The notes under the pieces: model-generated
Seen by the model: only the letters and a program-made list of their open reading frames with translations
Databases searched by the model: none
Told to the model about the DNA's origin: nothing
Virus record (IMG/VR): IMGVR_UViG_3300025682_000004
DNA: 64,000 bases
Source: a virus
Lineage: Duplodnaviria > Heunggongvirae > Uroviricota > Caudoviricetes
Reading direction: 5' to 3' (one strand)
Shown: positions 9,793-19,258 of the stretch, piece by piece
How the letters are laid out: each line of letters starts with the position of its first letter
How positions within the stretch are numbered: position 1 is the stretch's first letter
Position numbers and translations under genes: made by a program

Positions 9793-11868
9793 TTATTTTT
9801 CTCTATATTTTTTCCATAATTCAAAAAATTCTTCTTTTTCATCATCCCTTAAACTATTAAAATCTTTCTTTTCATATTCCTGATATTTTTTTATTTCATC
9901 ATCATTATTATCAGAACTTTGACCACCCACAACCGATTTTGCATTATCAGAACCAACAATTTCTTCAGTTAAATCACCAACATTTATTGGCTTATAACCC
10001 AACAATTCATCTACCAATTCCTTTTCATTATCATATTCACTTGCTTCCTTACTTGCATTAAATTGTGCGCTTATTTCTGGGTCTTCTTTAACAGTATAAT
10101 ATTTAGGGTCTTCAGTTAAATGGTCTAATGCTATTTCCAATGCAATCATAGGGTCATTAGTATGTTCCATTTCAACCTTCATTCCCAATTTAATTTGTTC
10201 TGGGTCAAATTCCAATGGTGACTTATCATCACCAAGACCACCTTCAATTTGGTCACCGATTTCATCCCTTTTTTTTGCAAGATTTTCAATATCTAAATTA
10301 TTTTTTTCAGTTGTTTCAATTTCTTCTTCTGATTCAATAATAAAACCACCATCAGTTTCTGAAAACCTCATAATTCTTTTCATGTTAGTATCTTTCAATG
10401 AAAATAGATATATTCTAAATCTTGTATATGGTTTTTTTGTATTCATATCAAAAGGCATTATAAAAGGTTTACCTTCTCTTGCTAAAACACCTATTTGAAA
10501 TGTACCTTCTATTCCATTTACTTCAACAACATCACCAATATTAAGATTTTCATTATCTTCAGCATTCTTAATGACATCATCTTCAGATTCATTCATACTT
10601 CTTATATGTTCTTTAAATAATACAACGACTAAATCTCTTATCAAATTATGATATTTTTCTTTTGGTATTTTGAATTTATTAATACCATATTTATTAGTGA
10701 TTATATTATCTGCTCTTTTTATTAAAAACGTTTTAAATTCATCACTAGTTGAATTAAAATACTTCCATTCAATATAATCAACATTTGTGTTTTTTAATTT
10801 ATTTTCACTTAAATAATTATCAGCCCATGATGGATATACACGTGTTTTATTTTTAGCCATTCTCATTCCTTTTTTTCTTTTTTCGGGTTCTTTATTTAAA
10901 TTAGAAATTCTATTTACTTCTCTTTCAACTTCAGATTTTGACGGAAAATAATTTGGATTTTTTTGTGTTTTATTTTTCATCATTAAATTATCAAATGCTT
11001 TATTATATAATTCATCATCTTCTGATGAACTTTCCATATTTTCATAATCTAAATTAGATATGTTTTCATCATCATAATCATTTTCTAAATCTTTATACTT
11101 CATTGCATCCTTATCACTATATTTATTTACTAAATTGGAATCATCATCAAAATCAATATCATTATTTAAATTATTTCCAAAATTATCATCATAATCTAAT
11201 CCATCATCCAAATCTTCATCATCTAAATCATCATAATTAAAATCATCATCAAAATCATCATTATTTTCAGTAACATATGAATTTAATTCGGGTGAGTTTA
11301 CTCTAAGATTCGGATTTGTTGGTTTTTCATCAACATAGGATTTATGATTTTGTAATTCTTCTGTACTTCTTTTATATGGAATATTATCAATTAATTTAAT
11401 AACTTCATCCAAATCATCAACCTTTGATTTCATATCATCTTCAAAATTAATATAATTAGAAATAAAATCAATAATTTCTGTATTATAATCATCATTAAAT
11501 TCTTTTAGTGTGTTTTCATCAATGTTTAATGAATCACCATCATTGCCCATAAAAAAATTAATTAATTTTGAATCTTCAATTTCAATTACACCATCAGTTT
11601 CCCTTTCAATAAATTCACTTTTGAAAACAAAATTAATTTCTCTATTATTTTCACCTAAACAATCAATTGTTGTATAACATTCATTTGATTCAATATCATT
11701 TGTTATTCTTTTAATTTCAATTTCATCATTAAGTAGTTGATTGAATACTATTTTTAAATTTTCTATTGGATTATTTATTATATTTTCCTCATTTAAAGTA
11801 ATTTTATTTACTCTTTGAAGCATTTCAAATAATCTTTCTTTACTACCAATTGGACTAAAAACTCTCAT
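9793..11868 (-). CDS. hypothetical highly acidic protein with D/E/N/Y low-complexity tracts
   Basis: 691-aa ORF. The central region carries runs such as DDFDDDFNYDDLDDEDLDDGLDYDDNF. Confidence 0.4.
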   Translation of the reverse strand: MRVFSPIGSKERLFEMLQRVNKITLNEENIINNPIENLKIVFNQLLNDEIEIKRITNDIESNECYTTIDCLGENNREINFVFKSEFIERETDGVIEIEDSKLINFFMGNDGDSLNIDENTLKEFNDDYNTEIIDFISNYINFEDDMKSKVDDLDEVIKLIDNIPYKRSTEELQNHKSYVDEKPTNPNLRVNSPELNSYVTENNDDFDDDFNYDDLDDEDLDDGLDYDDNFGNNLNNDIDFDDDSNLVNKYSDKDAMKYKDLENDYDDENISNLDYENMESSSEDDELYNKAFDNLMMKNKTQKNPNYFPSKSEVEREVNRISNLNKEPEKRKKGMRMAKNKTRVYPSWADNYLSENKLKNTNVDYIEWKYFNSTSDEFKTFLIKRADNIITNKYGINKFKIPKEKYHNLIRDLVVVLFKEHIRSMNESEDDVIKNAEDNENLNIGDVVEVNGIEGTFQIGVLAREGKPFIMPFDMNTKKPYTRFRIYLFSLKDTNMKRIMRFSETDGGFIIESEEEIETTEKNNLDIENLAKKRDEIGDQIEGGLGDDKSPLEFDPEQIKLGMKVEMEHTNDPMIALEIALDHLTEDPKYYTVKEDPEISAQFNASKEASEYDNEKELVDELLGYKPINVGDLTEEIVGSDNAKSVVGGQSSDNNDDEIKKYQEYEKKDFNSLRDDEKEEFFELWKKYREK

Positions 11869-11870
11869 AA

Positions 11871-12320
11871 TTATTCAAATATTATAGGATTATTTTTACC
11901 ATATTCTCTCATAAAAACTGCTGCTAATGCATTGGCTTCATTTTCAATATCACTACCATCATCATTTGAATTAACATCTAATTTATTTTCTAAATTCTGT
12001 TTATGATGGACTATTTCATGTGCTAATGTTCTTAAAACATCTGCCAAATTTCTATTTACCATTACAACAACAATTTCTTTTAAATCTGGTGTATATTTAC
12101 CAAATGATTTCATTTTTTTTGCTGCAAAATCATCATTAGATATTTTTATATTTGGTAAATTATCCATAATATCCAATTTATTTCCAACAAAATTCACAAA
12201 ATCATTAAGGATTTTCATTTTTTTTTCTGGTGATAATTTAGATTCATTAATATAATTAACTTTTTTAAATAAATCAAAAAATCTTTCTTTACTATGTTGA
12301 TTTCCTTTTAACACCATCAC
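11871..12320 (-). CDS. small protein with HExxH motif (putative Zn metallopeptidase / SprT-like)
   Basis: LAHEIVHH motif only. Confidence 0.25.
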   Translation of the reverse strand: MMVLKGNQHSKERFFDLFKKVNYINESKLSPEKKMKILNDFVNFVGNKLDIMDNLPNIKISNDDFAAKKMKSFGKYTPDLKEIVVVMVNRNLADVLRTLAHEIVHHKQNLENKLDVNSNDDGSDIENEANALAAVFMREYGKNNPIIFE

Positions 12321-13024
12321 TAATCAATTTCAGTAAAACTATTTTTTATATCAATTCTTGATTTTTGTGGTAAATCATCAAAATCTGCAATAAAAGTACC
12401 ATCAGGTAATTCTCTAACACCATTTTCCATATTATCACCAGTATTATATTTATTATTAAACCAATTATTACTCCACATATCGTTTAAATTAAAATAATAT
12501 GGATAACTAACATTTTTTCTTGATGTTAATTTTTCAACGGTTGATGGTTCACGAACTTCTTCCACATCAGAATTTAAAACATCCAATTTTGAATTTAACG
12601 ATTGAACCATATTGTTAAGATTTTCCAATTCACTATGAATAGTTTTCATGGCTTCAATATTATGTCTAATAATATCATTTTGAATATTATCAACATTTTC
12701 TTGAGGTTCATTTACAGGTTCATTATTTAATTCATTATTTGGATTTTCATTGGGATTTTCTGCATCAAATGAAGGTATTGGCGTTTCTGCTGGAACTCCA
12801 CCAGTATCATCCTCTTGTTTTTCAGGATTATTAATTTTTGGTTTTTTTTCTAAATTATCATCATTTACAACATCATCCGCTTCATTAGTATTTGGAATTT
12901 CGTCAAATTCATCTAAATTACTAATTGGTATATATCTAGCAGATTCGTTAATTTTATAATCTACAACATATTTTATTCTATCCAAATGCTTATCTATTGG
13001 ATTTAAACTAATATTTTTTTTCAT
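12320..13024 (-). CDS. hypothetical protein with predicted coiled-coil
   Basis: 234-aa ORF with a heptad-like central region. Confidence 0.35.
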   Translation of the reverse strand: MKKNISLNPIDKHLDRIKYVVDYKINESARYIPISNLDEFDEIPNTNEADDVVNDDNLEKKPKINNPEKQEDDTGGVPAETPIPSFDAENPNENPNNELNNEPVNEPQENVDNIQNDIIRHNIEAMKTIHSELENLNNMVQSLNSKLDVLNSDVEEVREPSTVEKLTSRKNVSYPYYFNLNDMWSNNWFNNKYNTGDNMENGVRELPDGTFIADFDDLPQKSRIDIKNSFTEID

Positions 13025-13250
13025 ATGAATGTTATTAATAAACCTCTCTTAGTAATTGTTTACCATTTTCTGCAATAATGATTTTATCAAGACGTTCAAT
13101 AATAGAATTATCACTTTTTTTTATAACCCTTTTATTAAATTCTTTATTTTGGGTTTCTTGATTTTCATTATCAATAAAATCGTCAATTACTTTATCAATT
13201 TTATTTTCCATAGCAATTATAATTTATTTATTATAAATACTACTTAACAT

Positions 13251-13892
13251 TCATTTTGATAATATTGTAACTATATATCTTTTTAATTTGGTAAAATCAG
13301 GAAGTAGTTTTTTATATTTATTATAAATTTCACCATCAACATCATAATAACCATACTTATAACATCTATTAGAAATAGAAGTATTTAATAATTCAACATC
13401 AAATTGAAAAAACTTATAAATATTTAAATTAATACCCCATATTTTATTATCAAATAATACATAAATTATTTCATCTTTATACTGATAAAACAAATCTATT
13501 GTTTTTGGTAATACATCCATTAAATCTTCAACATTTCTTAAATGGAAAAAAACAGGGTCTAAATCAACATACATATATTTTGGTGAAAAATAAAATTCTG
13601 GTAATAAATTTATAAATTTCTCAATACCTTTAATGTGTGATGATTTATTCTCATTAAAAGAAAATTCCCAATACAGTTCATTGGTTATTATTTTCTTTTT
13701 TAGAATATCGGCATTTTGTATAATTTCATTATCTTGATTTGTTGATTTCATAAAATTCCATCCAACGTATAATGTTGGTAAAGATTTATCAATAATTGAA
13801 TATTCAATTGGTTCTTTTATGTAGTTAACATAATCAACCATAATATGATTTACCAATTCATCTTCATAAATAATATTACCAATCTTTACCAT
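13251..13892 (-). CDS. hypothetical protein
   Basis: 213-aa ORF whose start overlaps the stop of the epimerase gene (operon-like). Confidence 0.35.
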   Translation of the reverse strand: MVKIGNIIYEDELVNHIMVDYVNYIKEPIEYSIIDKSLPTLYVGWNFMKSTNQDNEIIQNADILKKKIITNELYWEFSFNENKSSHIKGIEKFINLLPEFYFSPKYMYVDLDPVFFHLRNVEDLMDVLPKTIDLFYQYKDEIIYVLFDNKIWGINLNIYKFFQFDVELLNTSISNRCYKYGYYDVDGEIYNKYKKLLPDFTKLKRYIVTILSK

Positions 13893-14800
13893 TTTTTTAA
13901 ATAATTTAAATATTTTAAATATTCACTAATTCCATATTCTAAACTCTTAAATTTAATAGAATAACCAATTTCTTTTAATTTATCAATTTTTGCTTCTGTA
14001 AAATTTTGATATTTATCTGATATACTATCTGGAATATCAATATACTTAATATTAGGTGGTATTCCTAAATTGTGAAAAATAATATTAGCAATATCATTAA
14101 ACGACCTTGCAATTCCTGTTCCAACATTATAAATACCTGATTTTGGTAATCTATTTATTAAAAATATTATAACATTTACAACATCATCAATATGAATAAA
14201 ATCTCTTTTCTGTTCACCATCCAAAATATTAAATGTGTTTGATTTAAATAATTTTACATACCCATTATCAATAATTTGATTATATATTTGATATATCATT
14301 GAAGACATTCTAAGTTTATATTCTTCAAATTTACCATACACATTAAAAAACTTCAAACCATACCAATTCTTAGGTGATTTATGTTCTAATTGTGACCATA
14401 AATCAAAATTATGTTTTGACCAACCATATAAATTCAATGGTTTTAATTTCCAAATATCCGATTTATCATCAAAACCATAACTACCATCACCATACGTTGC
14501 AGCAGAACTAGCATAAATTAATGTTATATCATATTTAGAACATAGTTTCCAAATAAACATAGACATACCTAAATTATATTCATAAAAAAGTTCACTATTT
14601 TCTAATGTAGTATCTGTAATTGCACCCAAATGAATAATAGTTTTAATACTACTAGCATTATTTGTTAACCAAATATAAATATCATTTAAACTTTCTCTTT
14701 TAGTATCAAGAATTTTAATTGGTAATTTATTATTCGTTATAGAAAATTCAAACACTAAATTTCTACCAATAAAACCATCACCACCAGTAATTACAATCAT
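13886..14800 (-). CDS. hldD: ADP-L-glycero-D-manno-heptose 6-epimerase-like (HldD/RfaD family, SDR)
   Basis: N-terminal Rossmann MIVITGGDGFIGRNL. YASSAATYG, NVYG and NVGTG blocks align with E. coli RfaD (YASSAATYG, NVYGPRE, NLGTG) in the same order. Confidence 0.75.
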   Translation of the reverse strand: MIVITGGDGFIGRNLVFEFSITNNKLPIKILDTKRESLNDIYIWLTNNASSIKTIIHLGAITDTTLENSELFYEYNLGMSMFIWKLCSKYDITLIYASSAATYGDGSYGFDDKSDIWKLKPLNLYGWSKHNFDLWSQLEHKSPKNWYGLKFFNVYGKFEEYKLRMSSMIYQIYNQIIDNGYVKLFKSNTFNILDGEQKRDFIHIDDVVNVIIFLINRLPKSGIYNVGTGIARSFNDIANIIFHNLGIPPNIKYIDIPDSISDKYQNFTEAKIDKLKEIGYSIKFKSLEYGISEYLKYLNYLKKW

Positions 14801-15222
14801 AATTTCTTTATTTTATTAATAATATCGGTTGTTGATTTTCCGTTTGTTTTTGGATAATAAACAACACCATATTTTGAATACTCAGAACCAATAACTGTTT
14901 TATTTTTATATTCATCACCAACAACCATACAATCAATTTTTAAGTTCTTTATATAATTTTTTAATTCATCATCCGTATTAAATATAGCAACAACATCAAC
15001 CATATTTAAACTTGACATTATTTTAACTCTTGTTTCTAAATCATTTATTGGACGATTATCCCCTTTTAATTCTTTTATACGTTCATCACTATCTAAACCA
15101 ACAAATAGTTTATTTAATTTATTTTGTTTCTTTTTAGTAACACCATATCTTTTTGCAAACCACAATAAATCAATATGACCACTATGAAGAATATCAAAAC
15201 AACCATTTACCCAAACTCTCAT
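14797..15222 (-). CDS. hldC: D-beta-D-heptose 1-phosphate adenylyltransferase-like (HldE domain II / HldC; cytidylyltransferase fold)
   Basis: VWVNGCFDILHSGHIDLL matches the (H/T)xGH nucleotidyltransferase signature of the RfaE C-domain (GCFDLLHAGH). The 141-aa size fits a stand-alone HldC. Confidence 0.7.
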   Translation of the reverse strand: MRVWVNGCFDILHSGHIDLLWFAKRYGVTKKKQNKLNKLFVGLDSDERIKELKGDNRPINDLETRVKIMSSLNMVDVVAIFNTDDELKNYIKNLKIDCMVVGDEYKNKTVIGSEYSKYGVVYYPKTNGKSTTDIINKIKKL

Positions 15223-15509
15223 AATTCATCAATTTTTATTGCCTTATCATCTATTAATAAATCAAAGGCTGGTTTATTATTCATTATTAATTCATTATAT
15301 TTACAACCCCAATCAGATAGTTGTTTTTTTGTTAAATTAGTCCAATCTAAACCACTTTTCATACCCCTTCCTGTCCAATATATTATTATATTACCATCAT
15401 CATATAGTTTATTTACCTTTTTGATGTTTTCAAAATTTGGTATTGAATTAACATAATCATTTCCATTCGTATAACATATTGTATTATCAATATCTACATA
15501 AATTATCAT
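15219..15509 (-). CDS. minimal HAD-superfamily phosphatase (GmhB-like role proposed)
   Basis: DIDNT (HAD motif I, DxDxT), WTGRG (motif II Thr) and a K...DD motif III/IV. Only 96 aa. Its position between kinase and adenylyltransferase fits the pathway step. Confidence 0.5.
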   Translation of the reverse strand: MIIYVDIDNTICYTNGNDYVNSIPNFENIKKVNKLYDDGNIIIYWTGRGMKSGLDWTNLTKKQLSDWGCKYNELIMNNKPAFDLLIDDKAIKIDEL

Positions 15510-15889
15510 GATTGACTATCACCCTTTCTTATTCTATAACTATCAAAATCAAAATGTTGTGTTGATATTTCAATAATTTCACTATCTTCCAATGCTATTA
15601 TTTGATGTGGGTCACCCTGTTCAATATGAATAACATCACCAATATTAAGTTCTCTTGAATATTCAGTAGCATCATTAGTATCAATATAATTTAATATTAA
15701 TTTTCCTTTATTTACATAAAAGGTTTCTTCTTTTTTTAAATGGTAATGCATACTAAATTTAGAACCAGATTTAAATTGAAGTATTTTACCACAATAATTT
15801 TCATCATTATGTAGTATTATTTCACGACCCCATTTTTTCTCAACAATAGATTCAAAATCCAAATCATTTATGTTTAAAATTTTTATCAT
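15506..15889 (-). CDS. cupin-fold protein (candidate sugar-phosphate isomerase replacing SIS-type GmhA)
   Basis: Cupin motifs G(x)5HxH(x)3E: SMHYHLKKEETFYV ... GDVIHIEQGDPHQ. No SIS-domain gene is in the operon. The function is inferred from context only. Confidence 0.45.
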   Translation of the reverse strand: MIKILNINDLDFESIVEKKWGREIILHNDENYCGKILQFKSGSKFSMHYHLKKEETFYVNKGKLILNYIDTNDATEYSRELNIGDVIHIEQGDPHQIIALEDSEIIEISTQHFDFDSYRIRKGDSQS

Positions 15890-16641
15890 ATATTACTTTT
15901 ATTTATAACACCAACACCTTTTTGGGAAACAACCCAAGAAGCACATTTATTTGCAAAATTAATTGCTTTTGGAATATTTCCAAATTCTAAATAATTTGCC
16001 ACAAAACCTGCAAAAAAAGTATCACCAGCACCCGCTAAATTAATAATAGCATATTGTTGTTCAACATGATATAAAACATCATTATGTCTAGCACCTTCAT
16101 CCCCCAAGGTAATAATTAATTCACCCTTAAAATCATCAATTAAATACTTTGAATTATTATTAAACTCATTTTCATTAACTTTTATGAATTCTATACCATC
16201 TGCCCATTTTCCAAACTTTTTTTTGCTATCTAAAAAAACTAATTTGTGTTTATTTGTTATATTTGTTATAGTATTTTCAGTAAGAAAACCTTTATCATAA
16301 TCTGAAATTACAATAGCATCATAATCATTAAAATTAATATTAACTAAATATTCTTCTGCTTTTTCAACAATCCTATCATAACCATCAACCCTAAGTAACA
16401 TTTGATTTGTTTTTTTATCAACAAATCTTAATTTATGTGGTTTTACCATAGTATTTGTAATTATATCACACGAAATACCTAAACCTTCTAAATTATTTTT
16501 AACATTACTTGCCATACCACTAGATTGAACACCATACAAACTCTTAAAAATAGGCACTGGTGCTTCAGGACTAATTCTTTCACAAACACCATATTGAAAT
16601 TCATCAATACAACTATCACCAATAACTAATACTTTATCCAT
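15886..16641 (-). CDS. hldA: D-beta-D-heptose 7-phosphate kinase-like (HldE domain I / HldA; PfkB family)
   Basis: N-terminus KVLVIGDSCIDEFQYGVCERISPEAPVPIF closely parallels RfaE domain I (VLVVGDVMLDRYWYG...RISPEAPVPVV). C-terminal PfkB motif LAGAGDTFFAGF. Confidence 0.75.
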   Translation of the reverse strand: MDKVLVIGDSCIDEFQYGVCERISPEAPVPIFKSLYGVQSSGMASNVKNNLEGLGISCDIITNTMVKPHKLRFVDKKTNQMLLRVDGYDRIVEKAEEYLVNINFNDYDAIVISDYDKGFLTENTITNITNKHKLVFLDSKKKFGKWADGIEFIKVNENEFNNNSKYLIDDFKGELIITLGDEGARHNDVLYHVEQQYAIINLAGAGDTFFAGFVANYLEFGNIPKAINFANKCASWVVSQKGVGVINKSNI

Positions 16642-16671
16642 AATATTATTTTTTTACATAATAAATATAGT

Positions 16672-16911
16672 TTAACAAACCCAAATATATGTTGGTGTTG
16701 CATTAAATCTTCTTGTGGGTGTTTTATATCCCAAAGGTTTTAAAAAATCATCAATTTCTTTAAATTCTTCACTTGTTGCTGCTTCACAAATAATAACAGG
16801 TAATTTGTTTTTTATTAAATTTATACCACCATCAAGTATTTTTCTTTCAGCACCTTCAGTATCTATTTTAATCAACACAACATTTTCATTTAATGAAATT
16901 TCATCATCCAA
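16672..16911 (-). pseudogene. FkbM-family methyltransferase, C-terminal fragment (gene split by IS insertion)
   Basis: LIKIDTEGAERKIL matches the FkbM LKIDVEGAE block. There is no native start codon; the ORF caller used TTG. The upstream in-frame sequence runs straight into the IS end. Confidence 0.55.
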
Positions 16912-16929
16912 TGTATTTGAAATTGTGAA

Positions 16930-18120
16930 CTACCCATTTGCTAAAGACAAATGGGCTTCGGACTTCGCAGATAGTTGAGTATTACTACTTCTTACACCAT
17001 CTCCATCCGTGTTATCGAGCGTCCCACCCGATATTATTTTCAATCCTTCTTTCAGAATGACCTTTGCTGCATTTAAATCACGGTCTAATTTATGTCCATT
17101 TTTGCAAGTCCATTCACGAACCGAAAGATTTAAATCTTGATTTATCCATCCACACACATTACAAGTTTTGCTTGAGGGGTAAAAGCGATTGATTTTAACA
17201 ACTTGTTTATCGTTCCAATCTGCTTTGTACTCCAAGAATCTCACAAATGTACCCCAACTTGCATCTGCAATGTGTTTTGATAATTTTCTATTGCTCATCA
17301 TTCCCTTTACATTAAGGTCTTCCAAAGCAATTATGTCATAATCAGAAACAAGTTGATGCGATACCTTATGCAATACATCTTGTCTTGTGTTGGATATTTT
17401 CTCGTGTATTTTGGCAACTTTTCGTTTTTGTCTTTCAAACGAATTGCTACCTTTTTGCTTACGAGAAAGATGTTTTTGTGCTTTCGCTAAATCTCTTTCA
17501 TATTTCTTGGTATATCTGTTATTCTTGAATTTGATGCCGTCAGAAGTAATGGCAAAATCTTTCAAACCTAAATCCACACCACATACAGCACCAGTTTTTT
17601 CTTTTGGTTGATATTGTTCTTCGGTTAAAATTGAAACATAGTATCTTCCAGTCGGTGTTTTAGTAAAGGTCATTTTGCCAACATCGCCCCTTATTTCACG
17701 GTGAACAATACATTTAATCCCTTCTTTGAATTTAGGTACGTGAATTTTACTACCTTCTAATTTTGTGTGTTGTGGTACGGTGAAACTATTCCTTCTTTTC
17801 TTAGACTTAAATCTTGGAAACTTGGCATTGCCACGAAAGAAGTTAAGGAATGCAGTATCCAAAGACCTTAAAGCAAATTGCAGGGTTTGGCTGTTTACTT
17901 CTTTAAGCCAAGCAGTTTCCTCTTGCTTTTTTAATTCAGTCAAAGTTTTTGCTTGAACATAATAGTTGTCAGACTTCTTGTTTGCCTGATACTGTTCTTT
18001 ACGCTCATTCAGAAAGTAATTGTACACGAACCTAACACACCCGAAGTGTTTATCCAGCAACACTTTTTGGTCTTGTGTCGGTCTTAATTCAAAGCGATAT
18101 GTCCTATATATTGTTTTCAC
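16930..18120 (-). CDS. tnpB: TnpB (OrfB; RuvC-like, RNA-guided nuclease family)
   Basis: RuvC-I GVDLGLKDFA, RuvC-II IALEDLNVKGM, Zn finger CNVCG...CKNGH, RuvC-III DRDLNAAKVI. The C-terminus overlaps the right-end hairpin, where omega-RNA is normally derived. Confidence 0.85.
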   Translation of the reverse strand: MKTIYRTYRFELRPTQDQKVLLDKHFGCVRFVYNYFLNERKEQYQANKKSDNYYVQAKTLTELKKQEETAWLKEVNSQTLQFALRSLDTAFLNFFRGNAKFPRFKSKKRRNSFTVPQHTKLEGSKIHVPKFKEGIKCIVHREIRGDVGKMTFTKTPTGRYYVSILTEEQYQPKEKTGAVCGVDLGLKDFAITSDGIKFKNNRYTKKYERDLAKAQKHLSRKQKGSNSFERQKRKVAKIHEKISNTRQDVLHKVSHQLVSDYDIIALEDLNVKGMMSNRKLSKHIADASWGTFVRFLEYKADWNDKQVVKINRFYPSSKTCNVCGWINQDLNLSVREWTCKNGHKLDRDLNAAKVILKEGLKIISGGTLDNTDGDGVRSSNTQLSAKSEAHLSLANG

Positions 18121-18210
18121 GTTTACAAATATACTATATTTATACTAAATACGCAAGTTTTGTAAAAGTTCCGTCTTTGGGTAAAAACTTTCACAAAAAC
18201 TTGCTTCGTT

Positions 18211-18624
18211 ATGTCTAAAAAATCACAGTACATTTCTACAAATCGTTCAAAGCATTATCTCAAGTGCCATCTTATTTTTGTCTGCAAGTACCGTAAAAAG
18301 TTGCTTGTTGGTCAGTTAAAAGATGATATGCGTTCTATTCTTTTAAACATTACTTCTAATTCAGATTTTGAAATTGAAGTCTTTGAATCTGATTTAGACC
18401 ACATTCACTTTCTTATTCGCTACATTCCTAGTTTATCCATTACTTCAATAGTTCGTAAGTTAAAACAAGAATCTGCCTATCACATTTGGCGTTCATCTCA
18501 CAGGTCATTCTTATTTAAACATTTTTGGAAAGAACACACTTTTTGGTCAGATGGTTATTTCGTTTGCTCAATTGGTGAGGCTTCTCCTGATACCATTCGT
18601 GAGTATATTCTCAATCAGGGCTAG
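18211..18624 (+). CDS. tnpA: TnpA, IS200/IS605 Y1 (HUH) transposase
   Basis: HUH motif HIHFLI, C-terminal Tyr in TIREYIL. The 137-aa size is typical. Confidence 0.85.
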   Translation: MSKKSQYISTNRSKHYLKCHLIFVCKYRKKLLVGQLKDDMRSILLNITSNSDFEIEVFESDLDHIHFLIRYIPSLSITSIVRKLKQESAYHIWRSSHRSFLFKHFWKEHTFWSDGYFVCSIGEASPDTIREYILNQG

Positions 18625-18642
18625 TCGCTTACATCCCACAAA

Positions 18643-19104
18643 CTAAAGATTTGTGGGTTTTACGCTCCGTTTTATAAATAATAAATTGTCATTGTTTTTA
18701 TTTTTTTCAATTACTTTCGATATTCCAGTATTTTGATATGTTTCATATTTAATTAAATTTAATTCATCTTTTTTGTTCCATAAAGCAATATTTCTTAAAA
18801 CATATTGTTTTTTTGAATTTTTTGATAAATTCTCATTTAAAATGTTAAAACAAAAATTTTCTGGTTCAAATATATATAATTTTGTTGAATTACAATGATT
18901 GGCAAAAAATAATGAATGATTTCCTATATTACCACCAACATCAACATAAACACCATTTAAATTTAAATTACTAATATATTCTAATAATTCTTGTTCATAC
19001 CAAGGTATTTGTTTAAAAATATGTTCATTTTCAACTCCTTTAAATGAATATTGAAAATTATCATATTTAAAATTTTTTATAACAACATTATTTTTCATAT
19101 TCAT
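18643..19104 (-). pseudogene. FkbM-family methyltransferase, N-terminal fragment (gene split by IS insertion)
   Basis: YVDVGGNIGNHSLFFA is the FkbM SAM-binding block (DVGANIG). The last about 8 codons (RSVKPTNL-stop) are read from the IS end hairpin. Confidence 0.55.
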
Positions 19105-19258
19105 TCTTTTTATAATGAAATTATTTTATGAATTTTTCTAACTTCAGGATTCATTAATGATTCATGGTCACCATGATATGCAAAACTTTTAATAGGTGTA
19201 AATATTGGTATTTTTAAATCACGCAATCTTATTGACAATTGTCTACCAACACCTGAAC

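Larger units (their letters stand above)
16920..18669. mobile_element. IS200/IS605-family insertion sequence (IS605-like, divergent tnpA/tnpB)
   Basis: Contains a Y1 HUH transposase and a TnpB. Subterminal hairpins cccatttg-ctaaagac-aaatggg (16933-16955) and cccacaaa-ctaaagat-ttgtggg (18635-18657) share the same loop. The element is markedly GC-richer than the flanks and interrupts one FkbM ORF. Boundaries are approximate (about 10 nt either side). Confidence 0.8.

Noticed and set aside
15506-15889. Calling the cupin outright as GmhA
   Set aside because: GmhA is an SIS-fold enzyme and this protein is a cupin. The isomerase role is inferred from context only and is kept as a hypothesis.
16672-19104. 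Treating the two FkbM fragments as two separate small methyltransferase genes
   Set aside because: Neither fragment is a full FkbM domain, and they are complementary halves. The N-fragment's last codons are IS-derived, and the C-fragment has no native start.
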